Source: Raillietiella orientalis (Eukaryota). Taken from it: a DNA stretch of 64,000 nucleotides. The position numbers and the translations under genes were made by a program. Shown piece by piece: positions 49,400 through 62,330 of the stretch. Where the stretch lies: assembly GCA_036172245.1 (NCBI GenBank), contig JAYWIR010000050.1, positions 682,001 to 746,000 of the forward strand. Direction: 5' to 3'. The notes under the pieces were generated by a model. The model did no database searches and was not told the origin of the DNA. It saw nothing but the letters and a program-made list of their open reading frames with translations. The number at the start of each line of letters is the position of its first letter. Positions within the stretch are counted from its first letter, which is position 1.

Positions 49400-51000
49400 C
49401 ACTCTTTACGCTGTGCTCCTTGGGTTCCCGAAACCTCCCGCGTTGGCCAGCAGTGTGGCTGCGGTCTCCGCGCGCATCCAGGGATCGCACGTCCACAAAT
49501 TTGGCTCCAAACGCTCTCGGTGGCGCAGCTTCCCCGCTCGCCGAGCCGCAGCTCCTCGCGAAACGGACGGATCCGTGGTCCGATCCGTCGTGACAACGGT
49601 GCTAAGCGAGCACCACCTTTCGTCCGCCGGAACCGGACATCTGGAACCGACTGTCCGGCTCACAGTCGAAACAAGGCGAGGGGTCCTCTCGCCCTGGCGC
49701 CACTGGCTTCCAGGTTCCACTTCTCCCGGAGCGCCTTCAAAGCGCTGGTGCACAACCCGACTGCCTTTCGGAAGGAAAGCTGCCCCATCTTGCATCCCCC
49801 CGGTTTTCAAAATTCTCCCGTTCTTCGACGCTGAACGATCCGATTTTTTTTTATCTTCGCTTTTTTATTATCGGACGTTGTCCTTATTCGTTTTTATTTT
49901 CCTTCTCGGTTTTCATCTTCAGCGTCTGCTGTGCGACGGATCCTCGCGTCTCCGCGAGCAGGGCGTAATGTGCTGATTGAGGTGCGGCACACAAAGAGAC
50001 GTTTTCTGCGTACATGCACACCCTCACAAGATTTGGATCTTTGCCGTATTCATTCCCCAAGCATCCGGGAGAAGGAAAGGAATGCGCTTTTTTTTTTTTT
50101 TTTTTTCTTTTATTACTGTCTAAATCATAATGAAGGCGGTCGCGGAAGGGACCGTAAATTACCGTTGTGTGACTCTCGTGGCCAGGGTTGCATCCGAAGC
50201 TCGCCCTGGGTGCAAAGGCGGACACGGCGCCGGCACGGTTGAAACAGTGGGGCCTGGGAGAGCGAAAACGGCTGCCAAGGAGGCAACTTGCTCAAGTAGG
50301 TTTCCCCTTCTGATGTCTGCCTGCGTTGGAAAGCCGAGCTGCAAGGCGACGGGGCTGCAGGAGCATCAGGTCGGTTGCGACGACCCCATCCGTAAAAAAC
50401 TCATCAGGAAGAGTGCCCCATCTTCCTAAATTAGCACGGCATATCAGATTTACCAGAGGAGCTCCACGGAATGCATTTCATTCGGGACTTTTCCCTCCTC
50501 CGTAACTGGTTTCGGGAAGCAAAGACTTACGATGGTCATTTGCCGGGAGCCACTGAGGAAATCTTCTTCCGTAGCGTAACGAGGAACGATGTAGGAAAAC
50601 TTTTCACTCTCAGAGAACATCTCGGATCGCACTGGGGAAGACAAAAAAACGGTACCCAGGAAGCACGTCGATGAAGAAATGCTTGCAACCGGATCGGAAG
50701 ACTGTCTTGAGCTTCCCGAATCCTGCTTGCTGTGGCTGGATGAATCTTTGGGACGTGCAACCCTTTTTTCTCAAGGCAGGCTGGCGATCTGCCGAGATGT
50801 TGGACAGATGAGGAAAGCGGTCTCGATTGCGCGGCGCTGGGGTCACGCACGATTCAACTAGCTAGTCTCGACCACCCTCGGCGACCTCTTCCCTAAGCCT
50901 ACGGCGCAAAGCATCCCCAAAACAAACATCCGAATCGTCGTGCAAATAACCGAAGGCTCGAGATGCCTGCTGTTTCCCTGTTTCTGTTCCCCTTTCTCTG
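49400..51000 (-). mobile_element. Decayed Ty3/Gypsy-like pol (RT-RNase H-integrase order)
   Basis: TIRMF (IRLC-like), PAPRNRDRF (PLPRIEDLF-like), ASDATLA.VTQ (RNase H DAS-like) and VWSQI...C..R.HC (integrase zinc-finger-like) occur in Gypsy order. Confidence 0.4.
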
Positions 51001-52159
51001 GAGGCGAGGAAAATTGTGGCACACCGTGGGCCTCCACCGCGGAACTGGAGGCGGTCCCCGCGCAGCGTGGTGAATCAGTCCCCGTGCGACGTCGCGAACG
51101 GATGAACCCCGCGATCTTGTGGCGTCGTGCAAGCCGCCTTCCAAGCTGGCAAGAGTGGATGGACCGGGCAAGCAGTGTGCGAGAAAAGGTGATGGGAGGG
51201 GGGGTCCCTGCCCCACTCGACATTCCCGTGGTGAAGGAAGCGACGCAAGACCACGGCGAAGGACGGGCGCGCTTTTCAGCAACGGGGAAGCGGAGCAGCC
51301 CTGAAACTCCAGGATTTTGCGGACGTCAGCTCAACTCGAAAGCCTCCCAGCTGTCATGGGGTCTTAAGACACGCTCTGTATCCCTTGCGACGATATGCAC
51401 GTATAATCCTCAAGGCTCGTGCGGCGCCGCACGAGTTATACGCGTTATATTGGGATCCGCTGTCTTGTATAAGCGTCCGGTATCTGTATACGTTCATTAT
51501 GCCCATGGGCGAAAGCTCTTTTATAGACGGCAAGAGCGCCTACCCATCTTGAAAGGAGATTAACACGGATCTGGCGGCTTAGTTGCAGCCGTAAAGTCCG
51601 GATGCGACCACCCTACTGATGAAGCTTTCGGAAGCTTTTCGAGATTCTTCGAGATTCTGGTGCTGCACGTTCGCCTTCCGCGGCGGGTCCACTTCAGAAT
51701 CCTTTCCGGGTCTTCGGGAACGGCCTGCTTGCAGGTCCGCTCCCTACCGCCAGGAAGCAACAGCGGTTTCCCTTTGATCGCAGGGAGCTGAGCTGCTCAA
51801 GTGAGGGAGAGACGCCCCCGGAGGCGCAGACCGGCGATGGAACTGTCCCGTTGAGGGATGCGCCGTCGGCGCGCCAAAAAACCGTGCACCTGCGGAAGTA
51901 ACACCCGAAGCGGTGGCGTGCATTCCGCGCACGGAACGGATCAAAGTCGCTACCTCCACCCACCCCGCGCGCGCAATCGCGCCCCTCGCTGGAAGAGCGA
52001 GAAAACCACACCGCTGCAAGGCGGTGGCGGCCCCCCGCGTTCACCTTCGCGTTTCTGGTCTTTCCCGGAGTGGAGCTCCGCTTCCGGTTTGCGTCTCCAT
52101 TCGGAATGGCGCCGCAGGTGCTGGAGGAACGCCCTGCTCGACTTCTGGTTGGCTCCGAT

Positions 52160-52680
52160 TGATGACGGTAAATCCTTTTGGGTTCCTCTGCTTCCCCACC
52201 TTCCCTTCCAGTTCTTTTCCTTTTCTTTTTCTTGGTTCGACAAGTGCTCAAAAACTGTTCGCCTCCTTAGGGGGAGGGAAGGGGAGGTCACGAATGTCCT
52301 TAACGCTGTCCGTGCCACCCGAGGATGCGTGCAATTCTTCGAGTTAGGGGATAACCCATGAGGGAGATCACCCTATGAATTCTGGAAGGGCTCTGGAGGG
52401 GGGAGTCCGTTCCTCCCTCACTCCTCAGAGGGTACAACGAAAGGAACCTCTTCCTCGTTCTCTCTGGAGGGACCCCAGGAAAGAATCCGCTCCTGGAATT
52501 TTTTTTTCTCCGGAGGGAAACCGCGAGGGAACCGCCCCCTGTTTCCTCCTCCTATAAAGACAACCCTGAAGGGACGCTTCCCGATTTCTCCGAAGGATCG
52601 CTACCCGAAGGGAGCGACTCGCTCCTTGACACTCTGGATAGGCGCTCCCCGCGAGGGGGGTGTCAGCCGGCTCCAGGGTA
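52160..52680 (-). mobile_element. SINE-like repeat, 3' two-thirds
   Basis: Aligns with the reverse complement of 4040-4464. Confidence 0.72.
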
Positions 52681-52689
52681 CGCAACGGA

Positions 52690-52860
52690 GTTCACTTCCG
52701 GATTCCCAGCCCCCAATTTCCTTCCTGGTTTCGGCTCAGGAAGGGGACAGGGAACCGCTCCTTGTAACAAAGAGTACGGTTAGGGGACTGCGCAGGCTTC
52801 CCGGAAAGGGCACGTCGGTTTCGGGAGTCCCCATTTCGAGCTCCCTCCCCTTTCCTTAGC
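52690..52860. repeat. Dispersed repeat shared with 54295-54430
   Basis: Shared acttc.gg...agccccaatttcc.t.c.tggtttcgg.tcagga.gg block. Confidence 0.55.
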
Positions 52861-54959
52861 CGCGATTGCAGAGGGTGAGCCCGAACGGGACTCTGCAAGT
52901 GCACACCTGGACCGGAAAATGGGGTCAGGGGCGTCTCTGAGATAGGACAGTCGTTCCGACGCCCCAGACCGCGAGCCGCGTGGAGGCGTTCTCAGCTCTT
53001 CCGACGCGGGCGGAAGCGCCACCGCGACCTCTTTTCTTCCCCGCCAGCTTTCCTTTTTTCTTAAATGTCAGAAGCCACCTCACGGGGGGGTCGTCACTAC
53101 TGGAAAGTCTTCCGGGGCTCCAATCCTCTTCTCTCTTTCCAGTCTCCTTTTTTTTTCGAGAGAACCCTCCCTCAAAAAAAAAAAAAAAGAAGGCCAAGGA
53201 CCAAAAAAGGAACCCTCCCTTCTTTTGGTCCTCGGCCCCCCGTGCTGCACCGGTCGGTTCGGGTCTGTCTCTCTCTCGGCGCGCGCGCGCGCTCCCGGTC
53301 GATGATACTCTCTGCAGGGCAGAGAGCAGCAGCAAAGAGGAGAGAAGAGGAGGAGGAGGAAATGAACCGAGAAGCACCGAAGGGAAGCGGCTCCCGCCCA
53401 GCGGCTCGTAGAATGCGAGGACTGGGCGTGGAGAGGGCGGCAGGTGGCTGGTGAAGGACTCGCCGGGAGCGCAGCGCCGGTCCGCGATCCACATCGATTC
53501 GCTCCACGCGCACTCATCTCGCATTCCATTATTTACATGCGACGGGCTCAAGCCGCCTCATGCCGAAGGAGGGACGCTCGATTTGTTCATCCGCATCTTT
53601 CTAAAGTGGATGAATAATTAACCACGGTCTTTCCAGCACGAACCCATCTAATATTCATACAGGATTGATGAATAATAGAGCGATGTTATTGCTAATGACT
53701 TCTGCGAGGAAACCGGAGAGATGGATCGGCGCCGTCCGCGATGATTTCCTGGCATCCTCCGGAACGACGTGCCCGGGAAATAATACCCCGGCAGCGCATC
53801 CCGAATCGTCGAAGCTGCCGCGCTTCCGGGATGGGCGATTTGGGCAAGGCAGGCTCGCTGGAGAAGAGTTGACTCCGGCGGCGGAAGCGCGCCATCCACC
53901 CTCCCTCCCAGGGATCCTTTGTAAGGGGAAGGAAGGGAGAGGACGGAACGGTGTCGCTCGCCCCCTGTTCTGTAGGGAACGGAAGGAGGGGCTGAGAGAG
54001 GAAGGGAGGCAACCAACGAGGAGCCCCCTGCCCCAGGGATAGGTCTACTTTGCGTCCACTTGAGGTACGGCGAGAGCGCCCTCAACGAGAAACCTGTTGA
54101 CCTTGCTTCTTTCGCTCACAGCCGTCGAGTGACTTTTCTCCTACTCTTGCCTCGGGCCATGACGCAGACGGGGAACCGACGTCCACCCTTCCATGCTTTT
54201 CGCAGACGGCATGGATATGTCCCCCCACCCCTCCCGAAAAAGGAACGAAAGACTGGAAAGAGGAATCCAAAGGTGGTGGGACGGGATTTGCCGAGACCGG
54301 AATTTACTTCTGGGTTTCTGGAGCCCCAATTTCCCTTCTTGGTTTCGGTTCAGGATGGGAGAACCCTCCTGCTGACGAGGGATGAAATTCCTGGGAGAGT
54401 CCCTCGGTCCTCTTTTGGGACCACCACAGGCGCCTTCCACTGTCCTCGCATCGATTCCCTGGTGAGCCTGGGAGAATGGCAGTGCCCCATTGACGATGAG
54501 GTCAGCGTTCCTCCAATCGGCCACTGAGAGCGCGTGTCGAGGACGGGAGCAGTGGTGACCTCGGCTCCTGCGCGCTCGGCGTTCGCACCGCTTTTTGGGA
54601 CAGCATCCCAATCAGGAGAGCAGGATGGTCGGAGTTCCTCTCATCGAGGAAGCGAGTTGGTTCCCTTCCAAGCCTCCTAAGAGATTTTACAGGGTCGCTC
54701 CTTCGATGCGCCGCCAAGCAATTCGAACCCATCCCTTTCTCCCTGTTGCTGTACCACGGTGGGTCGCTTTACTAGATGGCACAGCACTGAACCAGAAGCC
54801 ACTGGCATCAGACACTGAGGGCTGCACTTGGGAGATCCCTTGGGAACAGGGAAGTCGGGCTGACGATTAGGCAGGCCATGGTGCGTTCATCGGTGTCGCG
54901 AGCAAGGATGGTCGAAGGCAGGAAGATCCAGAAGGGAATAAGCAGTGTTAAAACAGGAT

Positions 54960-55250
54960 AATTATTACGACGACAACGACGACGATGCCGATGACAATGA
55001 CGATGACGGAGATAACGATGGCGATGATGGTGATGGCGACGATGATGACAATGATAACGATGACGGTGACGACGACGAAGGTGATGGTGGTGGTGACGAC
55101 GAGACGGTGATGACGATCATGGTGGTGGTGATGAAGATGATGATCATGCCAATGGCGATGGTGACGATGACGGTGATAACGAAGACGATGATAATGATAA
55201 CGATGACGATGGTAATAATGATGGCGACGACGAGGATGATTATGATGACT
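54960..55250. repeat. Cryptic (GAY/GGY)n trinucleotide microsatellite
   Basis: About 290 bp of gacgatgatggt-type triplets with a single-base phase shift near 55101. Confidence 0.9.
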
Positions 55251-56459
55251 GAAGGGGATGCCCCACTATTGGAGGGTTGGTCACCAATGAGAAGGGAGAT
55301 GGTGGTTCTCTGGCCAGAGAGGACGGTATTCTGTGCAGGGGTCCGCCCGAAGGCAGCCTTCGCCTCGTCCACAGGTGCAAGAAGTCCATGCTTAGTTTGG
55401 AGGGTTCTTCCAGTCCTGGGAATCCTGGTTTTGGGGAGGGGAGGGGCAAGCGTCGCAAGCCAGACCTACGTTTTCACTGCGTTCCGGCAGGGCGAACGTC
55501 GGTCGAGGAAGGTCTCGAGGTGATCTCCGCGGGATGCTGCTGTCCTCTCAGGATGGTGTCTGAGGTTCCGAAAGCGACTCTTTGGTTCCTCTAAGAGGAG
55601 CGACTACGGACACCCGTGAGGGGAAGACACCAGCGTGGCGGGAAGTTTCCAGAGGTCCTATCAGGTGCGGCGGATGGAGAAGGCGAGCGCACGCTGGCAA
55701 GAAAGGGAGAATCCACATCGGGGGTACCACCGTCCCCCGAGGCGAAATCGAACATGCGACCGCGTGTGCAGGAAGGAAAAGGGAGGGGAGGGAAAGGTGG
55801 ATTCGAACGAACGGAAGAGGAAGTGCCGGTGCTCAGCCAACCAATCAGACGGTTGTTTCGATCCCCGTAAGCTCCACACTGCGGGAATCTACTGCAACCC
55901 TGGAGGAGATGAGTCCGTGAGGTGGCCACCGAGTGGATCGACGAAGGGAAGAAACAGGCGGTGCCGGACAGCAAGCGGATCCTCACGAGCGCCCCATCGT
56001 TGAAGGTCGATCGCGAAGAAACACAAATGGAGCAAAACTTCCTGTTGAACAGTCCCGGGTACTCCGAAAAGAAATTGGCAAGAACGCGCGCGTTCCGGAA
56101 GCTTCCTGTGATGGACCGTTTCAGGCCAGGCCAGCAGTCCCCTCCTCCAGTTCGCTCTAGCGTCCTCCTCCCCTCCCTCCTCATCTTCCCCCTTCCCCTT
56201 TTTTCGATGGTGAACCTGGAAGAGGAAGCTTCGGAAAATCTGGGGCAGTCAGCCAAGTTGTATTCACTGTTTATGAAGTACGCTTGGTGTGTGTGTGTCC
56301 CCTCCCCCCGCTAAACCTGCCCGCGGGAAATAGATGCTCGCTGACTCCTCGGTCTTGGAGGAAGGGGGCGGGGGGGAGGGAAGTGCGCCATCTTTGGGGT
56401 AAGGAGGGGAGAACGAACTAAAGCAGTAAGAGTGTCTCGATGGCCGCCACCATGATGGA

Positions 56460-57305
56460 TTCGGTGCCCGCGCACCCCGAGCAAACGCGTTCAGAACCGC
56501 CGCTTCCAGTTTACCCTTTTTTTGTGTTCGCCAAGTGCTGAAGAACCGTCGCCTTCCTGAAGGCTCACGAAGCTCTTCTTGACCGATGCCCACTCCACCC
56601 GGGAGTGTGTGCCTCTCTTCAAGTTAGGAGGTACTCCAGGAGGGGACCACCCCATGAATCCAGGAAGGCGTCCGTTCCCCTCACGTCTGAGAAGGGATCC
56701 CCGAAGGGAATCCCCTCCTTGGTTGTCTCCGAAGGGACTCCGAAGGGAATCTGCTTATCCTCACTCTCTCCGGAGGGACTCCCCAGAGGCGAACGCTCCT
56801 CATTTCTTCTCCGGAAGGAACCCGAAAAGGACCGGCTCCTGGAATTTCTACCCCGAAAGGACCTCCCGGAAAGGATTTGCTCTTCATTTCCTCCTCTGAA
56901 GAGAACTCCGAAGGGACACCTCCCCATCTCTCCCAAGGGAGAAGCGCGCTTGTTGACCCTCTGGACGGGTGTCAGTTTGCTAGCTCCATGGCACCTGATT
57001 GAGGTCTTCCTTCCCGAGGGGAAAGGGGAGGGTAACGGCTCACTTTTCGTAATCGGGGAGCAACACAACCCCGAAGATCTCTATACTCCTGGAAGGACGC
57101 CGGAGGGCTGACTTCCAGTCCCGCCTGGTCCACCGGTGCGTCCGCACCCTATGCCTTCAGGCCAACCAGCATCACTCTTCGGGGGGAGTGGAATCGAACC
57201 TCCTACGACGCTCACCCCGTTCTCAGGATCCGGACTTCATCGGGCGGGAATCGAACCCGCGACTCTCGGTGCCGCGCGCGCCGAGGTCGCAGCTGCGCGG
57301 CCTTC
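56460..57305 (-). mobile_element. Full-length SINE-like copy with two B-box modules and an empty target site
   Basis: Minus-strand head gaaggccgcgcagctg...GGTTCGATTCCC (~57246-57257), a second GGTTCGATTCC (~57190-57200), ~41-bp sub-repeats, and a ...ccatcat end. Confidence 0.78.
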
Positions 57306-58029
57306 GGCTCGGACTGCCCTCAACTCATTAGTTGTCTCGGGAGACGAGGCCCAATCGCGAGCGAAACTTGACGGAAGCGAAAGAATTACGGGTGGACTTG
57401 CTCCGAGTCATCGGAAGTGGGTCGACCGGGGATCCGCGACCAGATGAGGTCGCTTCGAGCAGCAGGCGCATCCCGATCGTAATGAGCCACCGGCGCTCCC
57501 CCTGCCCTTGCGACTTGGGAAGGGAAAGAAGAGAGAGAAAAAAAAAAAACCTGGACATAGTGCGCGCGCGTCTCCAGGAAACATGCTCGGGATTCCCAGC
57601 TTTCTGAGATGCAAGGAACCGCTTCCGAGGCAGGGATAGAGGAACCCGCTCCGCCGGGTCGATGGTCGCTGACGAGGAGCAGCGAAAGAAAACCCGTGCG
57701 CGTAGCCGAATTTCCGGGAACGGGGCAGTTGCGCATTCGGGGACTCGCGGGCATCATTAATTTCCCCCCCTCAGGTTTCGGAGACCCAGGATAAAATTTT
57801 GGGGAGGTCGCAGAAGATTCAAAGTGCCTAGGACCCACTCCTTCTAATAGGTCGGTTTCATCGCTCCGCAAGGTGTGCGCCCGAGGGCCATTCTCCGTCT
57901 CTCCAAGAGGGGATGGTCACTCGGCGGCTCGTCCGAAGAGATTGAGATGCAGAGACGGAGAACGGAGATGGCTGCGATAGCCCCGGATGGATGGAGAGGG
58001 ATGGGGAGCCGGGGTTTCCTGGAGACGGC

Positions 58030-58420
58030 AAGATCGATAACGCGCGCCTTGCGTGGATCCTGGCTTGTGGTGCCATCGGGAGGGATGCTGTTCCTGCATC
58101 CCTCCCGATGTGCCTGGTGCCCACTCCGCGGAGGGAAGAGCCTTGCTGAAGAGCCGGGGATGCTCAGGTCGACCTGCGAGAAGGCGCAGCCTGAGGGAAG
58201 GTGCAGACTCCGCTGGCGAGAGGCGGACACTCGAAGGTCAATCTTGGTCACATCAGAAAGAGCACGCCCTGGGTGTTCGGACTGAGCGATTTGCTGGTGT
58301 GCGCAGGGCATCCCTCTTCAGGGTGAGGTGTCCACCCTGGGGAGATGTCCCCTTCCCCAGCACCACCACCATTCCGCTCCTCGTAGACCTCTGCGTGCTT
58401 CCAGACGCTGCGCTTTGATG
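58030..58420 (-). mobile_element. L1/Tx1 ORF1 zinc-knuckle remnant
   Basis: SLHLPSG...VDLSIPG...GHQAHREGC resembles LPS...YxGQ...CxxC...H...C. Confidence 0.4.
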
Positions 58421-60462
58421 AAACTCCGAACTCGAAATCGCCTCCAATAGCATGTAGTGCAAGGGACGGTCGGCATGGCAACGATACTGCCAGGAGAGGA
58501 GGAGAAAAAGAGACGGCTGGGACGGCCGAAGACTCAGATCCCTCCTACCTCCCCGCTCTCCCTCCATCAAAAGAGAACCGCCGATCTATGTAGAAAGAGG
58601 TTCATCCAGGATCCCTTGCGATGGCTCGAAAGGAAACAGAGAAGAGACCCCGGTGCGGTCTCTTAGCAGGAATCCATTGTGATGGACTGATGCGAAGGGG
58701 CCACGACCGTGGTCGGGACGCACCTCCTGCGTCTCTGCGGACGGTCCCCCGTCAAGGATTTGCCCTGAAGCCGAACGGCGGCGGGTCTCCGGGTGGAAGA
58801 AAGACCCGATTGCACGCACCCCAGCCGGAAATGGGCAACGCCTGACGTGAAAGTTTGCACGAAGCGGGAGAGGTCGAGCGAGTTGTGCGCGCGGTACGGA
58901 TGGTGACCGCTGGGAGGAACACCGCGTTGCATCCCGCTGGGTCCAGAAGTTCTCCCTTCGGCGCGAGGAAGACCCCCGCGGCCATGCTTGCTTCGTCCCC
59001 AAGGCCACCCCCCGAGCCCTCGAGCCCTGATTCCGACCCCGAGAAGGTCCTCGCTGGTCAACCTGCGGGTCGCCCGTGTATATGACTGACCTACAGTCTT
59101 AGGCTGGTTCCTTTCCCCGCATCTCCCTTTTCGATGACTGCGGATCCTTTCAGCATCGCTTCCGAGTCGACATACCCCAACGAAAGTCCGCTGTCCAGCT
59201 TGGTCTCTAGCGAAGGAGTTGGATTGCTCTTTTCGATCCCGAGCAAGATTCTGGGCTCGGTCCCGGGGAAGGAAACGCCTTGCAAAAGAGGCGGGTGGCG
59301 AGGAAGCGCCAGTAGACCTCGCTGGAAACTGGCCGGTGCCCTCAGGGCCAAGTTCGCAACGAGGTTGACCTGAGACCCGCTTGGTGGGTGGGTGGGAGGA
59401 GGATTCACTTCCTCCAGAGGGAGTGAGCACGTGGTTTCCTCCCCAGCAAAGAAAGATTTCACGGCCTCCATCCTTTTAATTGTCCCATCTCTTCGACTTC
59501 AGCAAGGTGCTCAGTTGCACGGACCGGCGCTGCCACGGTTTCGGATCTGCATGCGCGCTCAGCACTCATGCAGAACCCGTCTCACCTGGCAAGCATGCTG
59601 CGAACCGGTCGATTTGAGAGAGGGCGGTTGCTCCGCAAGGCAGACTCGGAGAAGACATGATCTTCCGCGGAGGGAGGCGGATCCGCGTTCCGCGGAGTCC
59701 CGTGGTCAAACGGAGAGCGGATGTCCTCCTCGGGGCAGATGGCCTTCCTGAGTTCGGCGGCGGCCTGTAGCTGTGGAGTGCCCCCTGTCGCCCTTTCGGT
59801 GGACGTGGGCACGCGCACCGGCAGCCTTCGCTCTGCCGCGCAGTCCCTCCGTCATGGGGCTCGAGGGGACCTCTCGTCCGGCACGCCCGGCCGCTAGGAG
59901 GAAGCGGAACCAGCGGCCGGGAAGATGCGCGCGGCACCTACCCGCCGTTGCCAGGACGAGGATGCTGGGCCGTTCCCTCACATCTCGCACTCTGTTCTGC
60001 TTCTGAATTCGGCTGGACATCTGCCGCAGCGTCTCCATCCCATATGGAGGCCAACATATCGGACTAATTCCCAGCACCGAGCTGGCACGTGCTTGGTGCT
60101 TGCGTCTACGTTCCTGCGAGGAAGCGAACCCGTGCGGCGCTCCCCAGCTGATGTTTCCCACCGGAGGAAGAAAGTCCTTCCGCGCGGTCGTCATCCGGAA
60201 CCCTCCCCTCTTCCCCCCCCCTCAAAGAAAAAAAAACTTCGCCTTAGTGGAGGCTGCCAGGCTTCCGGTTTACTGCCTCGTGCCGGCGGGCACGGTGGCA
60301 CCATCGGACCGGCTCGCGCTGGCGCTCCCTTTCGAAAGCGCAGCGCACTTCCCCCGCCGATTGATCAGGGGGTTGACCGGCATCAACTCCCTTCCAGACC
60401 TCCTCACCGAAAAGAGCAGGAAAAGAACGAAAAGAAAAAAAAATCACTCTTTCCCTTTGCAG

Positions 60463-61381
60463 ATTGCGTGCTGCTCCTGTTCCCTCCCGAAGGCGTCCTG
60501 ACGTCATCGAGCATCCCCTCCTCCTACTCCCACTGCCAGATACGCTTCGAGCTGACAGACAACGAGATGTACGAGATGTTCCTGCAAGGGCTGCAGACTC
60601 GCGGGAGGTGCGACGAGAACTACGTGTCACTGAAGACGTTCTTCCGCGACGAAGGCGGCGACCAGGAGCATACCGACTCCCAGCAGCGCTTCTGCGGGAG
60701 CGTCTGGCACTACAGTTTCAGCGAGCGGAGCTTCTTCGCCACCCGGGGGAGCGAGCTGTCCGTCTTCTTCGCCGACAGGGGCAATGGCTCCTTCGAGATC
60801 CGCTACCGGCGCTGGAAGATGTGCTCCGGCAGGGACATCCAGGCGAGGAACGCGTTGTTCCGCATCAGCACGAGGGCGCTGCCCGCATTCCCTTGCACCA
60901 TCCGTGTGAAGCTGCCCTTCGGCGTGCGCACGCGCATCAGCGTGCGCTTCCACGGAGGTGGTGGAGCCGTCGGCAGCGACCTCGGAGAGGTCACGACCCC
61001 TCCTCCGGGATTCGCCAGCGAGCAGTGCTCGGAGGCCTTCTTCTGCATCAAGTCCGGCGGCAGGCAGAGGTACTGCTTGTGCGGCGGAGACGTCGTACCG
61101 GAGAAAAACTACAGTCTGGACCTGAAGACGAATAAAATGGATGTAAACATCAACTATGACGCGCCTTCAGTGACCGAGATCGACCTCAAGCTGTCCTCCT
61201 ACATGGAAGACAACGTGTCTTGTTCGTACGGGTGGTTGAGATCGTTCTACCTCTGCTACTCGTTGTTTACCGTCTCCATGAACTGGAAGGAAGCGCAGAA
61301 CACTTGCCGGATGTACGAAGGCACCTTGGCGACCGTGGACAGCAAGGCGAAGCACGAGTTTCTGAACAAATGGCTGAAGAA
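60463..61381 (+). CDS. Coding exon 4: two CUB domains and the N-terminal half of a C-type lectin domain
   Basis: Acceptor ttccctttgcag|AT (phase 1). CUB pattern DCVLLLFPPEGVLTSSSIPSSYSHC...RCDENYV...RFCG...SFEIRY, then a second CUB-like repeat, then CTL motif CSYGW...CYSLFTVSMNWKEAQNTCRMYEGTLATVDSKAKHEFL. Donor AA|GTAAAC (phase 2). Confidence 0.9.
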
Positions 61382-62099
61382 GTAAACCGCCCCATTTCTC
61401 GTTCTAGGAACACCTCTCTCGAATCCCTACCCCTTCCTCTCTATCCTCATCCCGCCTCAAAACGAGCACAGCACCTTCCCCCTTTCTTGCGAGCGCTCCT
61501 GCGGACGAAAGGCGTGCGTGTTCGCCGTGCCCAACCACCTGCAAAGGCAACGGCGGCCGCTGCACCGGTGTAACTCTCGGGATCACCTGAAAAGGCAACC
61601 TGCCCTCGGAACGGACTCCACCCTCCCCCACACTCCCTTCCGAACGACCTTTGAGCCGAGTTCGAGAGGGCGGTTGTCACTGGACCTGGATAGCAGCGAA
61701 TCCGAGCGAGAGAAGGACGGCCGGTAGCTGCTTTTCGGCGTGGCAGCAGCTCGAGCATGGGAACAGCGAAAGATTCTGGTCAGCCCGGGGTCGCGAGCGC
61801 GGCTGGAAACGAGTTGGGAGGAAGGGAAACCTGGCCCGAGTCCGCTGACCACGGAAGGACGCGGGGCAAACTCCTTCTTCCCTCTTCTCCCGCGAAGAGC
61901 GCGCCGACGGCGTTTCCTTTCCTCGGGACCCCAATCGGACGCTACTCCCCTTCCACCCCCATATCCCCCGCCTAGCCCGCTCGGGGGAACCTGTTCTCCC
62001 GGGAAGAAATGCGGCGCGCATCGCAGTGCAGACCGCATCACGTGACGAGCGGTCGCCGGGGACGCGGGCTCCACTGGCAATCGAGCGATCGCCGCACCC

Positions 62100-62330
62100 G
62101 TGGAGGAGCTGCAGAGACAGCAGCCTCCCAACCACCATCGCAGACCAATCCGTGGGAGGAGGGGGGGCATGGACGGAAGGATGCTTTCCTGAGAGGACCC
62201 TCTTTCGCGAGTGCTGAGCTTCCCGGGAGAGGGGAAGAACACAGAGGGGAACACTTCCCAGGGCTCCTCCCCTTTCCCTTCCGGTGCCCACAACACTGAA
62301 GGCTGGAAACCGGCGCCGCTTTTCCTGCCT
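62100..62330 (-). mobile_element. Possible zf-RVT remnant
   Basis: PLCVLP..EAQH loosely resembles C..C...E...H. Confidence 0.2.

Noticed and set aside
51610..51655. Hammerhead ribozyme (CTGATGA followed by the agctt-tcgg-aagct hairpin)
   Set aside because: No GAAA follows stem II and no stems I/III are evident. The CTGACGA hits at ~54372 and ~57670 also lack convincing stems.
54945..55523. Asp/Met-rich 192-aa ORF
   Set aside because: It is the translation of a cryptic trinucleotide microsatellite with an internal phase shift.
57235..57305. tRNA genes at B-box motifs (also ~3694, ~10400, ~28812, ~37676)
   Set aside because: No complete cloverleaf can be built; most are heads of the SINE-like repeat.
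59925..60462. N-terminal part of the 486-aa ORF
   Set aside because: It is low-complexity read-through upstream of a good acceptor at 60462; domain-like sequence starts at 60463.
60540..61381. Alternative acceptor at 60539 for exon 4
   Set aside because: It is phase 0, incompatible with the upstream exons, and would cut the CUB N-terminus.
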